The notes beneath the pieces were generated by a model. The model did not search any database, was not told where the DNA came from, and worked only from the letters and a program-made list of their open reading frames with translations. The translations under genes and the position numbers were made by a program. Shown one piece after another: positions 32,762-43,400 of a stretch of 64,000 bases of DNA. Positions within the stretch are counted from its first letter, which is position 1. Each line of letters begins with the position of its first letter. The DNA is taken from NCBI GenBank assembly GCA_963770565.1, contig CAVYQE010000002.1, forward strand, positions 768,001 to 832,000, read 5' to 3'. The DNA is from an uncultured Actinomycetota bacterium (GTDB lineage: Bacteria; Actinomycetota; Actinomycetes; JAFAQI01).

Positions 32762-33889
32762 TCATGAAGCTAGACGGACCGGCATCAGCAGGTAACGGTG
32801 GTCGGCCCCGCCGTCGGCGTCGGCCTTGCCGGTCAGCACCGCCGGCTTGGTCGGGCCGGTGAAGGCCAGCCGGGCCTCGTCGGAGTCGAGCGAGCCCAGC
32901 CCGTCGAGCAGGTACGTCGCGTTGAACGCGATCGTGAGCGGCTCCCCCTCGAACGACCCGGGCAGCGACTCCTGCGCCTCGGCTTCGTCGACCCCGCCGG
33001 CTTCGAGGGTCACCCCGTCCGCCGAGAACGACAGCCGGATCGGCGAGGTCCGCGACGCCACTAGGGCAACTCGCCGGACCGCGTCGGTCAGAGCTGCCGA
33101 GTCGACGGTGGCGGTCGCCGAGGCGGTGTCCGGAAGCAGTGAGCGGTATTTCGGGAACTCGCCGTCGAGCAGCCGGCTCGTCGTCGAGCGGTGCGCGCCG
33201 GACAGGCCGATCAGGCCTTCACCGGGCCCGTTGCTCGCCAGCGACAGGGTGACCTCAGCGCCCGAGGTCAGCGACTTGGCAGCATCGGCCAGCGTGCGGG
33301 CCGGCACGAGCGCGGTCGCCTGCATGCCGACCTCGGTCGGCGCCCAGCGCAACGTTCGTACCGCGAGCCGATAGCGGTCGGTCGCGGCCAACGTCACCTG
33401 CTCGCCGTCGATCTCCACCCGGACTCCGGTCAGGACCGGCAGGGCGTCGTCGCGTCCGGCCGCGACCGCAACGGCCCCGACCGCCGCGGCAAAGGCATCG
33501 CTTCCGACCGTGCCCGCCACATTCGGCATCGACGGCAACGTCGGGTATTCATCCAGCGGCAGCGTCGGCAGGGTGAATCGGGACGACCCGCACGACACGG
33601 TCACTCGCGACCCATCCGTGGCCAAATCGATCGGCTGCGGCGGCAGACTACGGACGATGTCCGCGAGCAACCGCCCAGGGACCAGGATCGACCCGTCCTC
33701 GGTCACCGTGGCGTCGACCTGCGCCTGTGCGGAAACCTCGTAGTCGAACCCGGACAGCTCGACCCCGCCGTCCTTGCCGACGTCGATCCGCAGGCCGGCC
33801 AGCACCGGAAGTGCGGCCTTCTGGGGCAGGATGCGCGCTGCCCATGCGACGGCGTCGGCAAATCCATCCCGCTCGACCCGGATTTTCAT
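32762..33889 (-). CDS. dnaN: DNA polymerase III beta clamp
   Basis: FDYEVSA, LAATDRYRL, IAFN, YLLMPVR. Confidence 0.96.
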   Translation of the reverse strand: MKIRVERDGFADAVAWAARILPQKAALPVLAGLRIDVGKDGGVELSGFDYEVSAQAQVDATVTEDGSILVPGRLLADIVRSLPPQPIDLATDGSRVTVSCGSSRFTLPTLPLDEYPTLPSMPNVAGTVGSDAFAAAVGAVAVAAGRDDALPVLTGVRVEIDGEQVTLAATDRYRLAVRTLRWAPTEVGMQATALVPARTLADAAKSLTSGAEVTLSLASNGPGEGLIGLSGAHRSTTSRLLDGEFPKYRSLLPDTASATATVDSAALTDAVRRVALVASRTSPIRLSFSADGVTLEAGGVDEAEAQESLPGSFEGEPLTIAFNATYLLDGLGSLDSDEARLAFTGPTKPAVLTGKADADGGADHRYLLMPVRLAS

Positions 33890-34216
33890 CGGCACCGCCT
33901 TTCCGCTGCTGACGGCTCAATTTTCGCGGAGCCGTCGGATCCACAGTATTCGAATGAGGTCTGACAGAAATTCTTCATGACGCCGTCGTCGTATGGCCGG
34001 TGGACACTGTCGACAACCGGTAAACCCGCAGGTCAGAGGCCTGTCGGCGGCATGCGAAGGGTGTGGACAGCCGGCTGGAACTGGTGGACGGGCTGTGAAC
34101 GGCGTACGACGAGTGCGTGATTAGACGATCCGCGGGTGAAACGTCCACAGAGTTGTCCCCAGGCTGTGTACGGAAGGTCATCGGGGCAGGTCCGCCCGGT
34201 CGGGCGCCGATCCGCC
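33890..34216. other. Replication origin oriC (dnaA-dnaN intergenic)
   Basis: Degenerate DnaA boxes at 33937, 33999, 34008, 34062, 34094, 34141, 34153, 34165; AT-rich stretch 33946-33980 followed by trio-like GTCGTCGTA. Confidence 0.88.
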
Positions 34217-35629
34217 TCACCCGCGGGCCTGGCTCTTGATCCGGTTGGTGAGCTCGCTGACCTGGTTGTAGACCGACCGGCGCTCGGCCATCAGCGAGCG
34301 GATCTTGCGGTCGGCGTGCATCACCGTGGTGTGGTCGCGACCGCCGAAGGCCTGGCCGATCTTCGGCAGCGACAGCTCGGTCAGCTCACGGCACAGGTAC
34401 ATCGCGACCTGGCGGGCCTGCACCAGCACCCGGCTGCGCGAGGACCCGCAGAGGTCTTCCATCGAGATCGAGAAGTACGCCGCGGTCTGGGCCATGATCG
34501 TCGGTGCGGTGATCTCCGGCCCGGCCGCGTCCGCGATCAGGTCCTTCAGGACGATCTCTGCCAGCGCGAGGTCGACGGTCTGGCGGTTGAGGCTCGCGAA
34601 CGCCGTCACCCGGATCAGCGCGCCTTCGAGCTCGCGGATGTTGGACGAGATCTTGCTGGCGATGAACTCCAGGACCTCGGCCGGCGCATCGAGTCGCTCG
34701 GCCGCGGCCTTTTTGCGAAGGATCGCGATCCGGGTCTCGAGCTCGGGTGGCTGGACGTCGGTGATCAGACCCCACTCGAACCGATTGCGCAGCCGATCCT
34801 CCAGCGTTACCAACTGTTTCGGCGTGCGGTCGCTGGAGATCACGATCTGGGAGTTCGCGTTGTGCAGGGTGTTGAAGGTGTGGAAGAACTCTTCCTGGGT
34901 CTGCTCTTTGTTCTCCAGGAACTGGATGTCGTCGACGAGCAGTACGTCGATGTTGCGGTAGCGCTTGCGGAACAGCTCGCCGCGGCCGTCGCGGATCGAG
35001 TTGATGAAGTCGTTGGTGAACTCCTCGGAGCTCACGTAGCGGACCCGGCAGCCCGGCACGAGCGCGCGGGTGTAGTGCCCGATCGCGTGCAACAGGTGCG
35101 TCTTGCCGAGGCCGGATTCGCCGTAAATGAACAGCGGGTTGTAGGCCTTGGCGGGCGCTTCGGCGACCGCGACCGCCGCCGCGTGCGCGAACCGGTTGCT
35201 CGAGCCGATCACGAAGGTGTCGAACTGGTACTTCGGGTTCAGCCGGTCCGGCTCGGTGCTCGGCCGGCGTACCGGTTGCACGGGCACGGGCTCGAGCTCG
35301 TCCATCGGGTAGGGCTCGTCGTCGGGGTCGGCAGCGGTCGAACCAGGCTGCGCGGTCCCGCTCTCAGGCTCGACGGTTACGGCCACCCGGACGTCGCGGG
35401 CGAGCTCGCGGGACAGCGCCTCGATCACCAACGGGCGCAGCCGGGTGTCGAGCACGTCACGCGCAAAGTCGTTCGGGGTCGCGAGGACGACGGTGTCCTG
35501 CACCAGCGCGAGCGGTTTGGTCAGGCGCAGCCACGCACGCTGTTGAGCGGAGACCAGATCTTCACCGAGCCCGGCAATTGCGCGTGTCCATACCGAGTCG
35601 AGGTCGAGGACCTGGTCTGACACGGGCAC
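34217..35629 (-). CDS. dnaA: Chromosomal replication initiator DnaA
   Basis: [42 protein letters not shown]. Confidence 0.98.
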   Translation of the reverse strand: MPVSDQVLDLDSVWTRAIAGLGEDLVSAQQRAWLRLTKPLALVQDTVVLATPNDFARDVLDTRLRPLVIEALSRELARDVRVAVTVEPESGTAQPGSTAADPDDEPYPMDELEPVPVQPVRRPSTEPDRLNPKYQFDTFVIGSSNRFAHAAAVAVAEAPAKAYNPLFIYGESGLGKTHLLHAIGHYTRALVPGCRVRYVSSEEFTNDFINSIRDGRGELFRKRYRNIDVLLVDDIQFLENKEQTQEEFFHTFNTLHNANSQIVISSDRTPKQLVTLEDRLRNRFEWGLITDVQPPELETRIAILRKKAAAERLDAPAEVLEFIASKISSNIRELEGALIRVTAFASLNRQTVDLALAEIVLKDLIADAAGPEITAPTIMAQTAAYFSISMEDLCGSSRSRVLVQARQVAMYLCRELTELSLPKIGQAFGGRDHTTVMHADRKIRSLMAERRSVYNQVSELTNRIKSQARG

Positions 35630-35687
35630 TCCCTGATTTCACTGATTTCGCAACGGCTTCGAACTCGGTGGAGCCGGACAAGACGCC

Positions 35688-35720
35688 TCGTCCACACCTC
35701 CATCCACAGACTGTGGATCA
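35688..35720. promoter_or_regulatory. DnaA boxes in dnaA promoter
   Basis: TCGTCCACA 35688, CCATCCACA 35700, TGTGGATCA 35712. Confidence 0.7.
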
Positions 35721-35926
35721 GGGCGTAAGCGTTGACGTTAGGCCAGACCCAACCGACAAAGCCACGGGGGGGCACCACTCTGCGCGCGGGTGGTCAGGGA
35801 AGGTCGGCGCGGGAACGCTAACAGCACTCGCACCGCCGCTACAACCACTCGCGCACATTGATCTGCCGGAGACCGGCGTGTCGGCTTGACGACGCTGCGG
35901 CGAGCAGGTCGAGCGCGGCGAATCGT

Positions 35927-35956
35927 TTGACCTGACTTCGCGTGCGACCGTACCGT
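35927..35956 (+). promoter_or_regulatory. Sigma70-type promoter for rpmH operon
   Basis: TTGACC-N18-TACCGT. Confidence 0.6.
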
Positions 35957-36033
35957 GGCAGCCGCGCCCCTCGAGGGTTGCCCGAGCACGCCAACGGCAC
36001 GCCCAGTGCCCGGCACCCGTGGTGGGAGTTGTA

Positions 36034-36171
36034 GTGAGCAAGCGCACGTTCCAGCCGAACAACCGTCGGCGCGCGAAGACGCATGGCTTCCGGCTGCGGA
36101 TGCGCACTCGCGCCGGCCGCTCGATCCTTTCTGCGCGCCGCCGCAAGGGACGCGCCGAGCTGTCGGCCTAG
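36034..36171 (+). CDS. rpmH: 50S ribosomal protein L34
   Basis: Not in ORF track; GTG...[45 protein letters not shown]. Confidence 0.97.
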   Translation: MSKRTFQPNNRRRAKTHGFRLRMRTRAGRSILSARRRKGRAELSA

Positions 36172-36180
36172 GCTGCGACG

Positions 36181-36546
36181 GTGTTGCCGGCCGAGCGGCG
36201 GGTACGCCGGCGCGAGGACTTCAGCGCGACGGTTCGACAGGGACGACGCCTCAGCGGTCGTGGGCTGGTGATCTACCTCGGTGAGGAGGCCGCAGTGAAC
36301 CCCGCCCGAGCCGGGTTCATCGTCGGTCGGGCCGTGGGTCCGGCGGTTCGCCGCAACCGGGTTCGTCGCCAGCTTCGCCACCTAATCGGGCCGCACCTGG
36401 ACGCCTTCGCACCTGGCACCGTGGTGATCGTGCGGGCGACCGGCGCGGCCGGCGCGATGAGTGGCCGCGAGCTCGGCGCCACGCTCGGTAACCTGCTCGG
36501 CCGGCTTGCCGACCAGAGTGTGTCGCCGGCCACGGTGGCGCCGTGA
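36181..36546 (+). CDS. rnpA: RNase P protein component
   Basis: [23 protein letters not shown] (RNR motif). Confidence 0.93.
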   Translation: MLPAERRVRRREDFSATVRQGRRLSGRGLVIYLGEEAAVNPARAGFIVGRAVGPAVRRNRVRRQLRHLIGPHLDAFAPGTVVIVRATGAAGAMSGRELGATLGNLLGRLADQSVSPATVAP

Positions 36547-36776
36547 GCCGGGTCCTGGTCCTGCTGCTGACCGGCTATCGGCGCTGGATCAGCCCGATGA
36601 TGGCGCCGCACTGCCGATTCGCGCCCAGCTGCAGCGCCTACGCGATCGAGGCGATCACGGTGCATGGCGCGCTGCACGGGAGCTGGCTGGCCGCCCGACG
36701 GCTGGTCAAATGTCAACCTTTCTTTACCGGTGGCTATGATCCGGTGCCGATCCGTGCCGAAGGAGCCCACCGGTGA
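36543..36776 (+). CDS. yidD: Membrane protein insertion efficiency factor
   Basis: [12 protein letters not shown]...HG, KCQPF..GGYDPVP. Confidence 0.93.
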   Translation: MSRVLVLLLTGYRRWISPMMAPHCRFAPSCSAYAIEAITVHGALHGSWLAARRLVKCQPFFTGGYDPVPIRAEGAHR

Positions 36777-37810
36777 GTTTCCTCAACCCGCTGTACCAGG
36801 CGGTGGCGTGGCTGCTGGTGCACATCCATGACGGCATCGTGCACGTGGTCAGCAACAACGGCTGGTCGTGGGCGCTGTCGATCATCGTGCTGACGATGGC
36901 GATGCGGCTGGTGCTCTTCCCGGTCTTCGTCAAGCAGATCCGCAACCAGCGCGGGATGCAGGCCCTGCAGCCGAAGATGAAGGAGTTGCAGGCGAAGTAC
37001 AAGAACGACAAGGAAAAGCTCAACCAGGAAATGATGGCGATGTGGAAGGAGCACGGGGTCAACCCGCTCTCCGGCTGCTTCCCGCTGCTGCTGCAGATCC
37101 CGATCTTCATCTCGCTGTTCCACACCCTGCGCGAGATCAAGCCGATCTCCGGATGCACGGCCGGGCCCAACGCGCTGTCCTGCTACAAGGGCGTGCCGGG
37201 CTTCGACCGGGCCCACATCTTCAGCGCCGCACACGCCAAGATCTTCAGTGTCCCGATCCCGGCTTCGTTCACCTCGAATACGGCGTACCTGCACGCCCTC
37301 GGCGGCTCACACACCGCGACCCGGATCCTCTGCCTCGCCCTGACCGTCGTCATGGGTGCGACCACCTTCATCACCCAGCGGCAGTTGATGGCCCGAAGCG
37401 GTCCGGCCGCCAACTCCCAGATGGCGCAGCAGCAGAAGATCCTGCTCTATGTCTTCCCGCTGTTCTTCCTGCTCTACGGCTTTAAGTTCCCGATCGGCGT
37501 CCTGATCTACTGGCTGACCACGAACGTGTGGAGCATGGTGCAGCAGCGAATCGTGATCAACCGGATGGAGGCCGCGCCGGTCGGCGGTCCGGAGATCGCA
37601 CCCGCGGGGCCGCCACCCGGAGCGAAGCCGAAAACCCCGCCGCGCGCGTCGGCTCCGCCGCCCAAGCCGCCCAAGCCGCCCAAGCCGGCTCCCGCCGGCG
37701 CCGACCTGACCCTGCCCCCGGGTGGGGCGATCCCGCCACCGGCCCGGCCCGCCAACAATCCACGCCGCCCGGCCGGGCGGTCGAATAAGCGCAAACGAGG
37801 ACGACGATGA
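36773..37810 (+). CDS. yidC: Membrane protein insertase YidC
   Basis: [31 protein letters not shown]. Confidence 0.95.
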   Translation: MSFLNPLYQAVAWLLVHIHDGIVHVVSNNGWSWALSIIVLTMAMRLVLFPVFVKQIRNQRGMQALQPKMKELQAKYKNDKEKLNQEMMAMWKEHGVNPLSGCFPLLLQIPIFISLFHTLREIKPISGCTAGPNALSCYKGVPGFDRAHIFSAAHAKIFSVPIPASFTSNTAYLHALGGSHTATRILCLALTVVMGATTFITQRQLMARSGPAANSQMAQQQKILLYVFPLFFLLYGFKFPIGVLIYWLTTNVWSMVQQRIVINRMEAAPVGGPEIAPAGPPPGAKPKTPPRASAPPPKPPKPPKPAPAGADLTLPPGGAIPPPARPANNPRRPAGRSNKRKRGRR

Positions 37811-38394
37811 CCACCGACCTGCCCAGCGCCGACGAGCAGGCTCCGCTTGCCGACCCGACCGACGAGGCGGGTGCGGAGGTTTCCGACCTCGCGGATGAGC
37901 AGCCGGATGCTGCCGCCGTGACCGGGTCCGACTTGGTCACGCTGCTCGAGCGCGAGGGCGACATTGCCGCCGACTACCTCGAGGTGTTGCTCGACATCGC
38001 CGATCTCGACGGCGACATCGACATCGACGTCGAGGCGGACCGCGCCGCCGTGTCAGTCGTCGGCCCTGGTCTTGAGCGGCTGGTCGGCCCCGGCGGCACG
38101 ACGCTCGAGGCATTACAGGAGCTCACCCGGCTCGCGGTGCATCGCGAGACCGGGGTCCGCAGTCGGCTGATGCTCGACGTCGGCGGGTACCGCGCCGCCC
38201 GCCGGGCCGAGCTGGCCAATCTCGGTGCGGAGGCCGCGGCCCGGGTGGCGGCCAGTGGCGAGGCCGAGCGGCTGGCGCCGATGACGCCATTCGAGCGCAA
38301 GATCGTGCACGACGCGGTCGCCGGGGTCGACGGTGTGGAGACCGAATCCGAGGGCGAGGAGCCAGCGCGCCTCGTCGTGATCCGGCCGGTGTGA
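37807..38394 (+). CDS. jag: Jag/KhpB R3H RNA-binding protein
   Basis: EGDIAADYLE, LEALQELTRL, FERKIVHD, SEGEEP. Confidence 0.9.
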   Translation: MTTDLPSADEQAPLADPTDEAGAEVSDLADEQPDAAAVTGSDLVTLLEREGDIAADYLEVLLDIADLDGDIDIDVEADRAAVSVVGPGLERLVGPGGTTLEALQELTRLAVHRETGVRSRLMLDVGGYRAARRAELANLGAEAAARVAASGEAERLAPMTPFERKIVHDAVAGVDGVETESEGEEPARLVVIRPV

Positions 38395-39089
38395 GCACCG
38401 CGGCGGCGACCAGCGCGCGCGACCGGGCGGAGCTGAGTTCGGCCGCCGCCGAGGTCTTCGGGGACCGGGTCGAGCTCGCTCGCCGATATGCCGAGCTGCT
38501 GACCACCGAGGGCATCCTTCGCGGCGTGCTCGGGCCGCGCGAGGCGGATCGGGTCTGGCCGCGGCACCTGTTCAACAGCGCAGCGCTCGCGCCACTCATC
38601 CCCGCCGCCGCCCGGGTGGTCGACCTCGGCTCGGGGGCCGGCCTGCCCGGCATCCCACTGGCCATCGCCCGCCCGGACCTGTCGATGGTCCTGCTCGAGC
38701 CGTTGGCCCGCCGGGCGGCGTTCCTTCGCGACTGCCTGGCCGCACTCGGGCTGACCGAGGTCGAGGTCGCGGTCGGGCGAGCCGAGACCGGCATCACCCC
38801 GCCGCCCCAGGTCGTCGTGGCCCGGGCCGTCGCTCCGCTCGATCGGCTGATTGCGCTGTCCGACTGCTTGCTGGTCGGCGGCGGCACGCTGCTTGCCCTG
38901 AAGGGCGTTTCCGCTCAGTCCGAGGTCGACGCGGTCCGTCGAGCGGGCCAGGTGGACGCGGAGGTGCTCACCGTCGCGGCCGGCGGCGAGCCCGCGACCG
39001 TGGTGCGGGTGGTGCGCCCGTCGAGCGCGTCTAGGCGGCCTCGCCCGGCGCGCTCGCGTCGGGCTCGACCCACCAGGGGTCCGCGGTGA
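38391..39089 (+). CDS. rsmG: 16S rRNA m7G527 methyltransferase
   Basis: DLGSGAGLPG, GRAE, ARAVAPL. Confidence 0.93.
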   Translation: MSTAAATSARDRAELSSAAAEVFGDRVELARRYAELLTTEGILRGVLGPREADRVWPRHLFNSAALAPLIPAAARVVDLGSGAGLPGIPLAIARPDLSMVLLEPLARRAAFLRDCLAALGLTEVEVAVGRAETGITPPPQVVVARAVAPLDRLIALSDCLLVGGGTLLALKGVSAQSEVDAVRRAGQVDAEVLTVAAGGEPATVVRVVRPSSASRRPRPARSRRARPTRGPR

Positions 39090-40078
39090 CCTCGGGGCTG
39101 GGGTGGCCGGCCACCACGGACGTGCCGAAGGGTCGGCTCGGCTGGCCGTCGGCGGATTCGGACGTCGAGCCCGCCACCGCGAACCCTGAGGTTTCACGTG
39201 AAACCACCGTCGAGGAACCCGTCAGCGTCGAGGCGGCCGAGCCGGTTTCACGTGAAACATCGGCGGTTGGCGAGGTGACTCCCCCGCCCACGTCCGCTTG
39301 GCCGCGGCCAACTCGGCGTCGGGTGCTGACCGTGGCGAACCAAAAGGGCGGGGTGGGCAAGACCACCAGCACAGTGAACCTCGCGGCGGCGCTGGCCCAG
39401 CACGGGGTGCGGGTCCTCGTCGTCGACCTCGATCCCCAGGGCAACGCGTCAACGGCATTCAGCGTCGCGCATCACGTCGGCCAGCCCTCGGTGTACGAGG
39501 CATTGATCGGCAGTTGCACGTTGGATGAGGTGATCGTTCCGGTCGACGGCTTCACCGACTTGTGGTGTGCACCCGCCACGATCGACCTGGCCGGCGCCGA
39601 GGTCGAACTGGTCTCGGTGGTCGCCCGCGAGTCCCGGCTTCGGCGAGCGTTGGACACGGTGACGCTCGAGGTCGACTACATCCTCATCGACTGTCCGCCA
39701 TCGCTGGGCCTGCTCACCCTCAACGCCATGGTGGCCGCCAGCGAGATCCTGATCCCGATCCAGTGCGAGTTCTACGCGCTCGAGGGCCTGACCCAATTGC
39801 TCAAGAACGTCCAGCTGGTCAAGAGCGAGCTCAACCAAGGGCTTTACGTCTCGACCATCCTTCTGACCATGTACGACGCACGCACCCGGCTGGCCGATCA
39901 GGTCGCCGATGACGTCCGCCAGCACTTCGGCGACCTGGTGCTCGAGCCGATCATTCCGCGCAGCGTCCGGATCTCCGAGGCGCCCGGCTTCGGCCAGACC
40001 GTGGTCACCTACGACCCGACCTCACGCGGCGCCCGGGCCTACCAGGCCGCGGCGTACGATCTGGCCAGTCGGGGATAG
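39086..40078 (+). CDS. parA: Chromosome partitioning ATPase ParA
   Basis: [26 protein letters not shown]. Confidence 0.95.
   Translation: MTSGLGWPATTDVPKGRLGWPSADSDVEPATANPEVSRETTVEEPVSVEAAEPVSRETSAVGEVTPPPTSAWPRPTRRRVLTVANQKGGVGKTTSTVNLAAALAQHGVRVLVVDLDPQGNASTAFSVAHHVGQPSVYEALIGSCTLDEVIVPVDGFTDLWCAPATIDLAGAEVELVSVVARESRLRRALDTVTLEVDYILIDCPPSLGLLTLNAMVAASEILIPIQCEFYALEGLTQLLKNVQLVKSELNQGLYVSTILLTMYDARTRLADQVADDVRQHFGDLVLEPIIPRSVRISEAPGFGQTVVTYDPTSRGARAYQAAAYDLASRG
39191..39204. promoter_or_regulatory. parS site
   Basis: Perfect palindrome GTTTCACGTGAAAC. Confidence 0.92.
39245..39258. promoter_or_regulatory. parS site
   Basis: Perfect palindrome GTTTCACGTGAAAC. Confidence 0.92.
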
Positions 40079-40109
40079 CCCGGCACCGATCGGGTCGAAG
40101 GAGCAGCGG

Positions 40110-41012
40110 GTGAGCGTTCGGCGCGGCGGGCTCGGCCGAGGGCTCGGTGCCCTGATCCCGTCCGGCCCCGGGATCGACGACAGTACGGGCGCGAGGTTCG
40201 ACGAGCTGACGATCACCGCGATCGAGCCCAACCCGCGCCAGCCGCGCGAGGCCTTCGACGAGGACGCCCAGGCTGAGTTGGTGGCGAGCATTCGCGAGGT
40301 CGGCATCCTGCAGCCGGTCGTCGTGCGGGAGCTGTCGCCGGGGCATTTCCAGCTGGTCATGGGGGAGCGGCGGTGGCGGGCCGCTCGCGAGGCCGGCCTC
40401 GCGACCATCCCGGCGATCGTGCGCGAGACCGCCGACGACGCCCTGCTTCGCGACGCGCTGCTGGAGAACCTGCACCGCCAGCAGCTGAACCCGCTCGAGG
40501 AAGCGGCGGCCTATCAGCAGCTGCTGGCCGAGTTCGGCGCGACCCACGATCAACTGGCCGAACGGGTCGGCCGGTCGCGCTCGCACGTGACCAATACGAT
40601 CCGGCTGCTGGGACTGCCGCCGACCGTGCAGCGCCGGGTCGCCGCGGGGGTGCTCAGCGCCGGGCACGCCCGGGCTTTGCTCGCCCTGCCCGACGCCGAG
40701 GCGCAAGAACGGCTCGCCTCCCGGATCGTCGCCGAGGGCTTGTCGGTGCGGGCGACCGAGGAGCTGGTTTCGACCGGCGAGTCGCCCCGGGCCAGCCGGG
40801 CGCGGGCGAAGCAGGGGCCGAAGGCGCCGGCGTTGGCCCGGCTGGAGGCGTCGCTGTCGGACCTGCTCGAAACCAAGGTCAGCGTCGAGCTGGGCCGTCG
40901 GCACGGCAAGCTCACGGTGACGTTCGCCTCGTTGGACGATCTGCAGCGGGTGCTCGGCGTGCTCGCCCCGCAGGTGCTAGTCGAGCACTCGTTGGTCGAG
41001 GGCGAGGCCTGA
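40110..41012 (+). CDS. parB: Chromosome partitioning protein ParB
   Basis: [29 protein letters not shown]; GTG 40110 after AAGGAG. Confidence 0.95.
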   Translation: MSVRRGGLGRGLGALIPSGPGIDDSTGARFDELTITAIEPNPRQPREAFDEDAQAELVASIREVGILQPVVVRELSPGHFQLVMGERRWRAAREAGLATIPAIVRETADDALLRDALLENLHRQQLNPLEEAAAYQQLLAEFGATHDQLAERVGRSRSHVTNTIRLLGLPPTVQRRVAAGVLSAGHARALLALPDAEAQERLASRIVAEGLSVRATEELVSTGESPRASRARAKQGPKAPALARLEASLSDLLETKVSVELGRRHGKLTVTFASLDDLQRVLGVLAPQVLVEHSLVEGEA

Positions 41013-41117
41013 CCGCGGTCATTGCCGCTCCCTGACCGGGCGACTACAGTGAACTCCGGGCCGGCGTGGTCGTTCCGCCGCCCAACTCCGGTGGCAGCGT
41101 GCGGTGGCGAGGTGTGC

Positions 41118-41738
41118 ATGACCCGACGGCTTGCCAACGTGACCCTCGACAACCTCGATGATCTGCCGGTTCGTTGTCGGCGGTGCGTGTTCTGGGAGCT
41201 CGACCCGCTCGCCGGCACCCGGGCGATCGAGGCCGGGGATCCGGCCCTGGAGAAAGAGGCCTGGGTCTCCGCCGCGCTGCTCGAATGGGGGAGTTGCGGA
41301 AAGGTTCTGTACGTCGACGGCATTGCCGCCGGCTTTGTCCTGTATGCCCCACCTAGCTACGTTCCGCGTTCGGTGGCGTTCCCGACCTCACCGGTCAGCG
41401 CCGACGCAGTCGTCCTGATGACGGCCGCGGTCCTGCCGGAGTTCACCGGCGGCGGCCTGGGCCGGATGCTCGTCCAAGGGGTGGCCAAGGACCTGATCCG
41501 CCGCGGGGTCCGGGCGATCGAGGCGTTCGGCGACGCCCGCTGGTCCGAGGTAGGGCACTGTCTGCTGCCGGCCGACTACCTGTTGGCGGTGGGCTTCAAG
41601 ACGATCCGGCCGCACCCGCGAAATCCTCGACTTCGGCTCGAGCTCAAGACCGCGGCGTCGTGGCGGGAGGACGTCGAAGTGGCGCTGGAGCGCTTGCTCG
41701 GCTCGATGACCCCGGAAGGCGTCCTGCGCCCGATTTAG
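41118..41738 (+). CDS. GNAT-like protein (Rv3916c-like)
   Basis: CRRCVFWELDP, KEAW...LLEWGSCG, FPTSPVSADA; conserved after parB. Confidence 0.85.
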   Translation: MTRRLANVTLDNLDDLPVRCRRCVFWELDPLAGTRAIEAGDPALEKEAWVSAALLEWGSCGKVLYVDGIAAGFVLYAPPSYVPRSVAFPTSPVSADAVVLMTAAVLPEFTGGGLGRMLVQGVAKDLIRRGVRAIEAFGDARWSEVGHCLLPADYLLAVGFKTIRPHPRNPRLRLELKTAASWREDVEVALERLLGSMTPEGVLRPI

Positions 41739-41771
41739 GGGTTAAGCCGCGATATATCCGTTACGGCCGAG

Positions 41772-42896
41772 CTAGCGGCCGCTCACGGCAGCGATCTGGA
41801 ACTGCCCGGTCGGCACATCGAGATGCTCGGGGAGGTACAACCGCTGGACGGCGGCGGCGACCGCCTCGGCCACGGTGTCGCGGAACTCCGGCGTAGCCAA
41901 CCGGGCTGCGTCGCCCGGGTTCGTCAGGTAGCCGGCCTCGAGCCGGACCGCAGGCATCCGGGTCAGCCGGAGTAGCGCCCACGACTTGGGATGGGTGCGG
42001 CCGTCGACGAGGTCGGTTCGGCTGGTGACCTCGCGCGAGACCAGGTCGGCCAGTCGCTCACCGACTGCGGACCGGATCTCCCGGGTGGGGAGGCTGGCGC
42101 CGTAGAAGAAGCACGCGCTGCCGCAGGCGCGCTCGCTCGGCACCGCATCGAGGTGCAGCGAAACGAAGATCTCGGCCGCCAGGTCGTTGGCCAGCGCGGC
42201 CCGGTCACGGTCGTCGGGGCAGGCGTCGGCACTGCGGGTGAGGTACGTCGTCATCCCCAGCGCGCCGAGGCGACCCTCGATCCGAGTGGCGAGGTCGAGC
42301 ACGATCTCGGCCTCGACCAGCCCGTTCGCCGTACCGCCCGGATCCGGGCCACCATGGCCCGGGTCGAGCACGACCACCCGGCCGGCCAGCGCGCCGACGC
42401 CGCGGCGGAGCCGTTCTTCCTCGCGGCGCTCGGCCGCCTCGCCGCCGGTCACCGTCCGGCGCAGCTGCTCGAGCGCGCGCAGCGTGCCCGGGCCCAGCGT
42501 GCCGTCGGCGCGCAGGCCGACGTTGCGCTGGAACTCCTTCAGGGCGGCTTCGGTCGCTCGGCCGAAGATGCCGTCACAGCGACCCGGGTCGAAGCCCATG
42601 TCCAGCAGCCGCTGCTGCAGGGTCGCGACGTCGTCACCGACGAACGGGCGCGCCACCGAGTAGGACAGCAGCCGATCCCCGACCCGCCAGTGCGCCTCGT
42701 CAAGGGCTCGGTAGGTCTCGGGCCCGACCACGCCGTCGACCCGCAGCCCGCGTTCCTGCTGGAAGCCGCGGATCGCGAAGTCCATCGGTTCGTCGAATCC
42801 GGTGCATGAGGCCGCCGGGAGCAGGCCGAGACGCTCGAGCTTGGCTCGGATCTCGGCTACGGCGGGGCCGCTGTCGCCGCGGCGGAAGAACTGCAT
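41772..42896 (-). CDS. cwlM: N-acetylmuramoyl-L-alanine amidase CwlM
   Basis: Two PG-binding domains (FQQERGL.VDG; DGIFG), amidase_3 LDPGHGG, C-terminal DVPTG. Confidence 0.9.
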   Translation of the reverse strand: MQFFRRGDSGPAVAEIRAKLERLGLLPAASCTGFDEPMDFAIRGFQQERGLRVDGVVGPETYRALDEAHWRVGDRLLSYSVARPFVGDDVATLQQRLLDMGFDPGRCDGIFGRATEAALKEFQRNVGLRADGTLGPGTLRALEQLRRTVTGGEAAERREEERLRRGVGALAGRVVVLDPGHGGPDPGGTANGLVEAEIVLDLATRIEGRLGALGMTTYLTRSADACPDDRDRAALANDLAAEIFVSLHLDAVPSERACGSACFFYGASLPTREIRSAVGERLADLVSREVTSRTDLVDGRTHPKSWALLRLTRMPAVRLEAGYLTNPGDAARLATPEFRDTVAEAVAAAVQRLYLPEHLDVPTGQFQIAAVSGR

Positions 42897-42927
42897 GACC
42901 CATCGATGCTAACCGCCGGCCGGACCG

Positions 42928-42959
42928 GCGAAACCCCACCCAAAGGAGTGGGGTTTCGC
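42928..42959. terminator. Hairpin between trxA and cwlM
   Basis: GCGAAACCCCAC-N8-GTGGGGTTTCGC 12-bp stem. Confidence 0.65.
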
Positions 42960-42992
42960 GAATATCCGGGTTAGTGGCGGGCGGGTCGAGGC

Positions 42993-43319
42993 TTAGAGGT
43001 AGGCCTCGAGGTCGCGCAGCAGCGCAGCCTTGGGCTTGGCGCCCACAATGCTCTTCACAACCTCGCCGGAGCTGAAGACCGACATGGTCGGGATAGACAT
43101 GATCTGGTAGCGCCGGGCGATCTCGGGGTTCTCGTCGATGTTGACCTTCGCGACGGTCAGCCGGTCGGAGTGCTCAGCGGCGATCTCTTCGAGCACCGGA
43201 GCGACCATCTTGCACGGCCCACACCACTCGGCCCAGAAGTCCACCAGGACGGGAAGCTCGCTGCCGAGCACGTCGGCGTCGAAGCTGGCGTCGGTGACGG
43301 TCTTGGTGTTGGCGCCCAT
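42993..43319 (-). CDS. trxA: Thioredoxin
   Basis: WAEWCGPCK. Confidence 0.96.
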   Translation of the reverse strand: MGANTKTVTDASFDADVLGSELPVLVDFWAEWCGPCKMVAPVLEEIAAEHSDRLTVAKVNIDENPEIARRYQIMSIPTMSVFSSGEVVKSIVGAKPKAALLRDLEAYL

Positions 43320-43400
43320 TCAGATCTCCTTGGTCACTTGCAGGTGGTGCCTGCACAACACAACTGCGGTCGGCGTTGTTCCCTCGCGGCGAGCTGCCGG

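Noticed and set aside
39191-39258. parS palindromes inside the parA 5' region (encoding VSRET)
   Set aside because: Common actinobacterial arrangement; annotated as features, not novel
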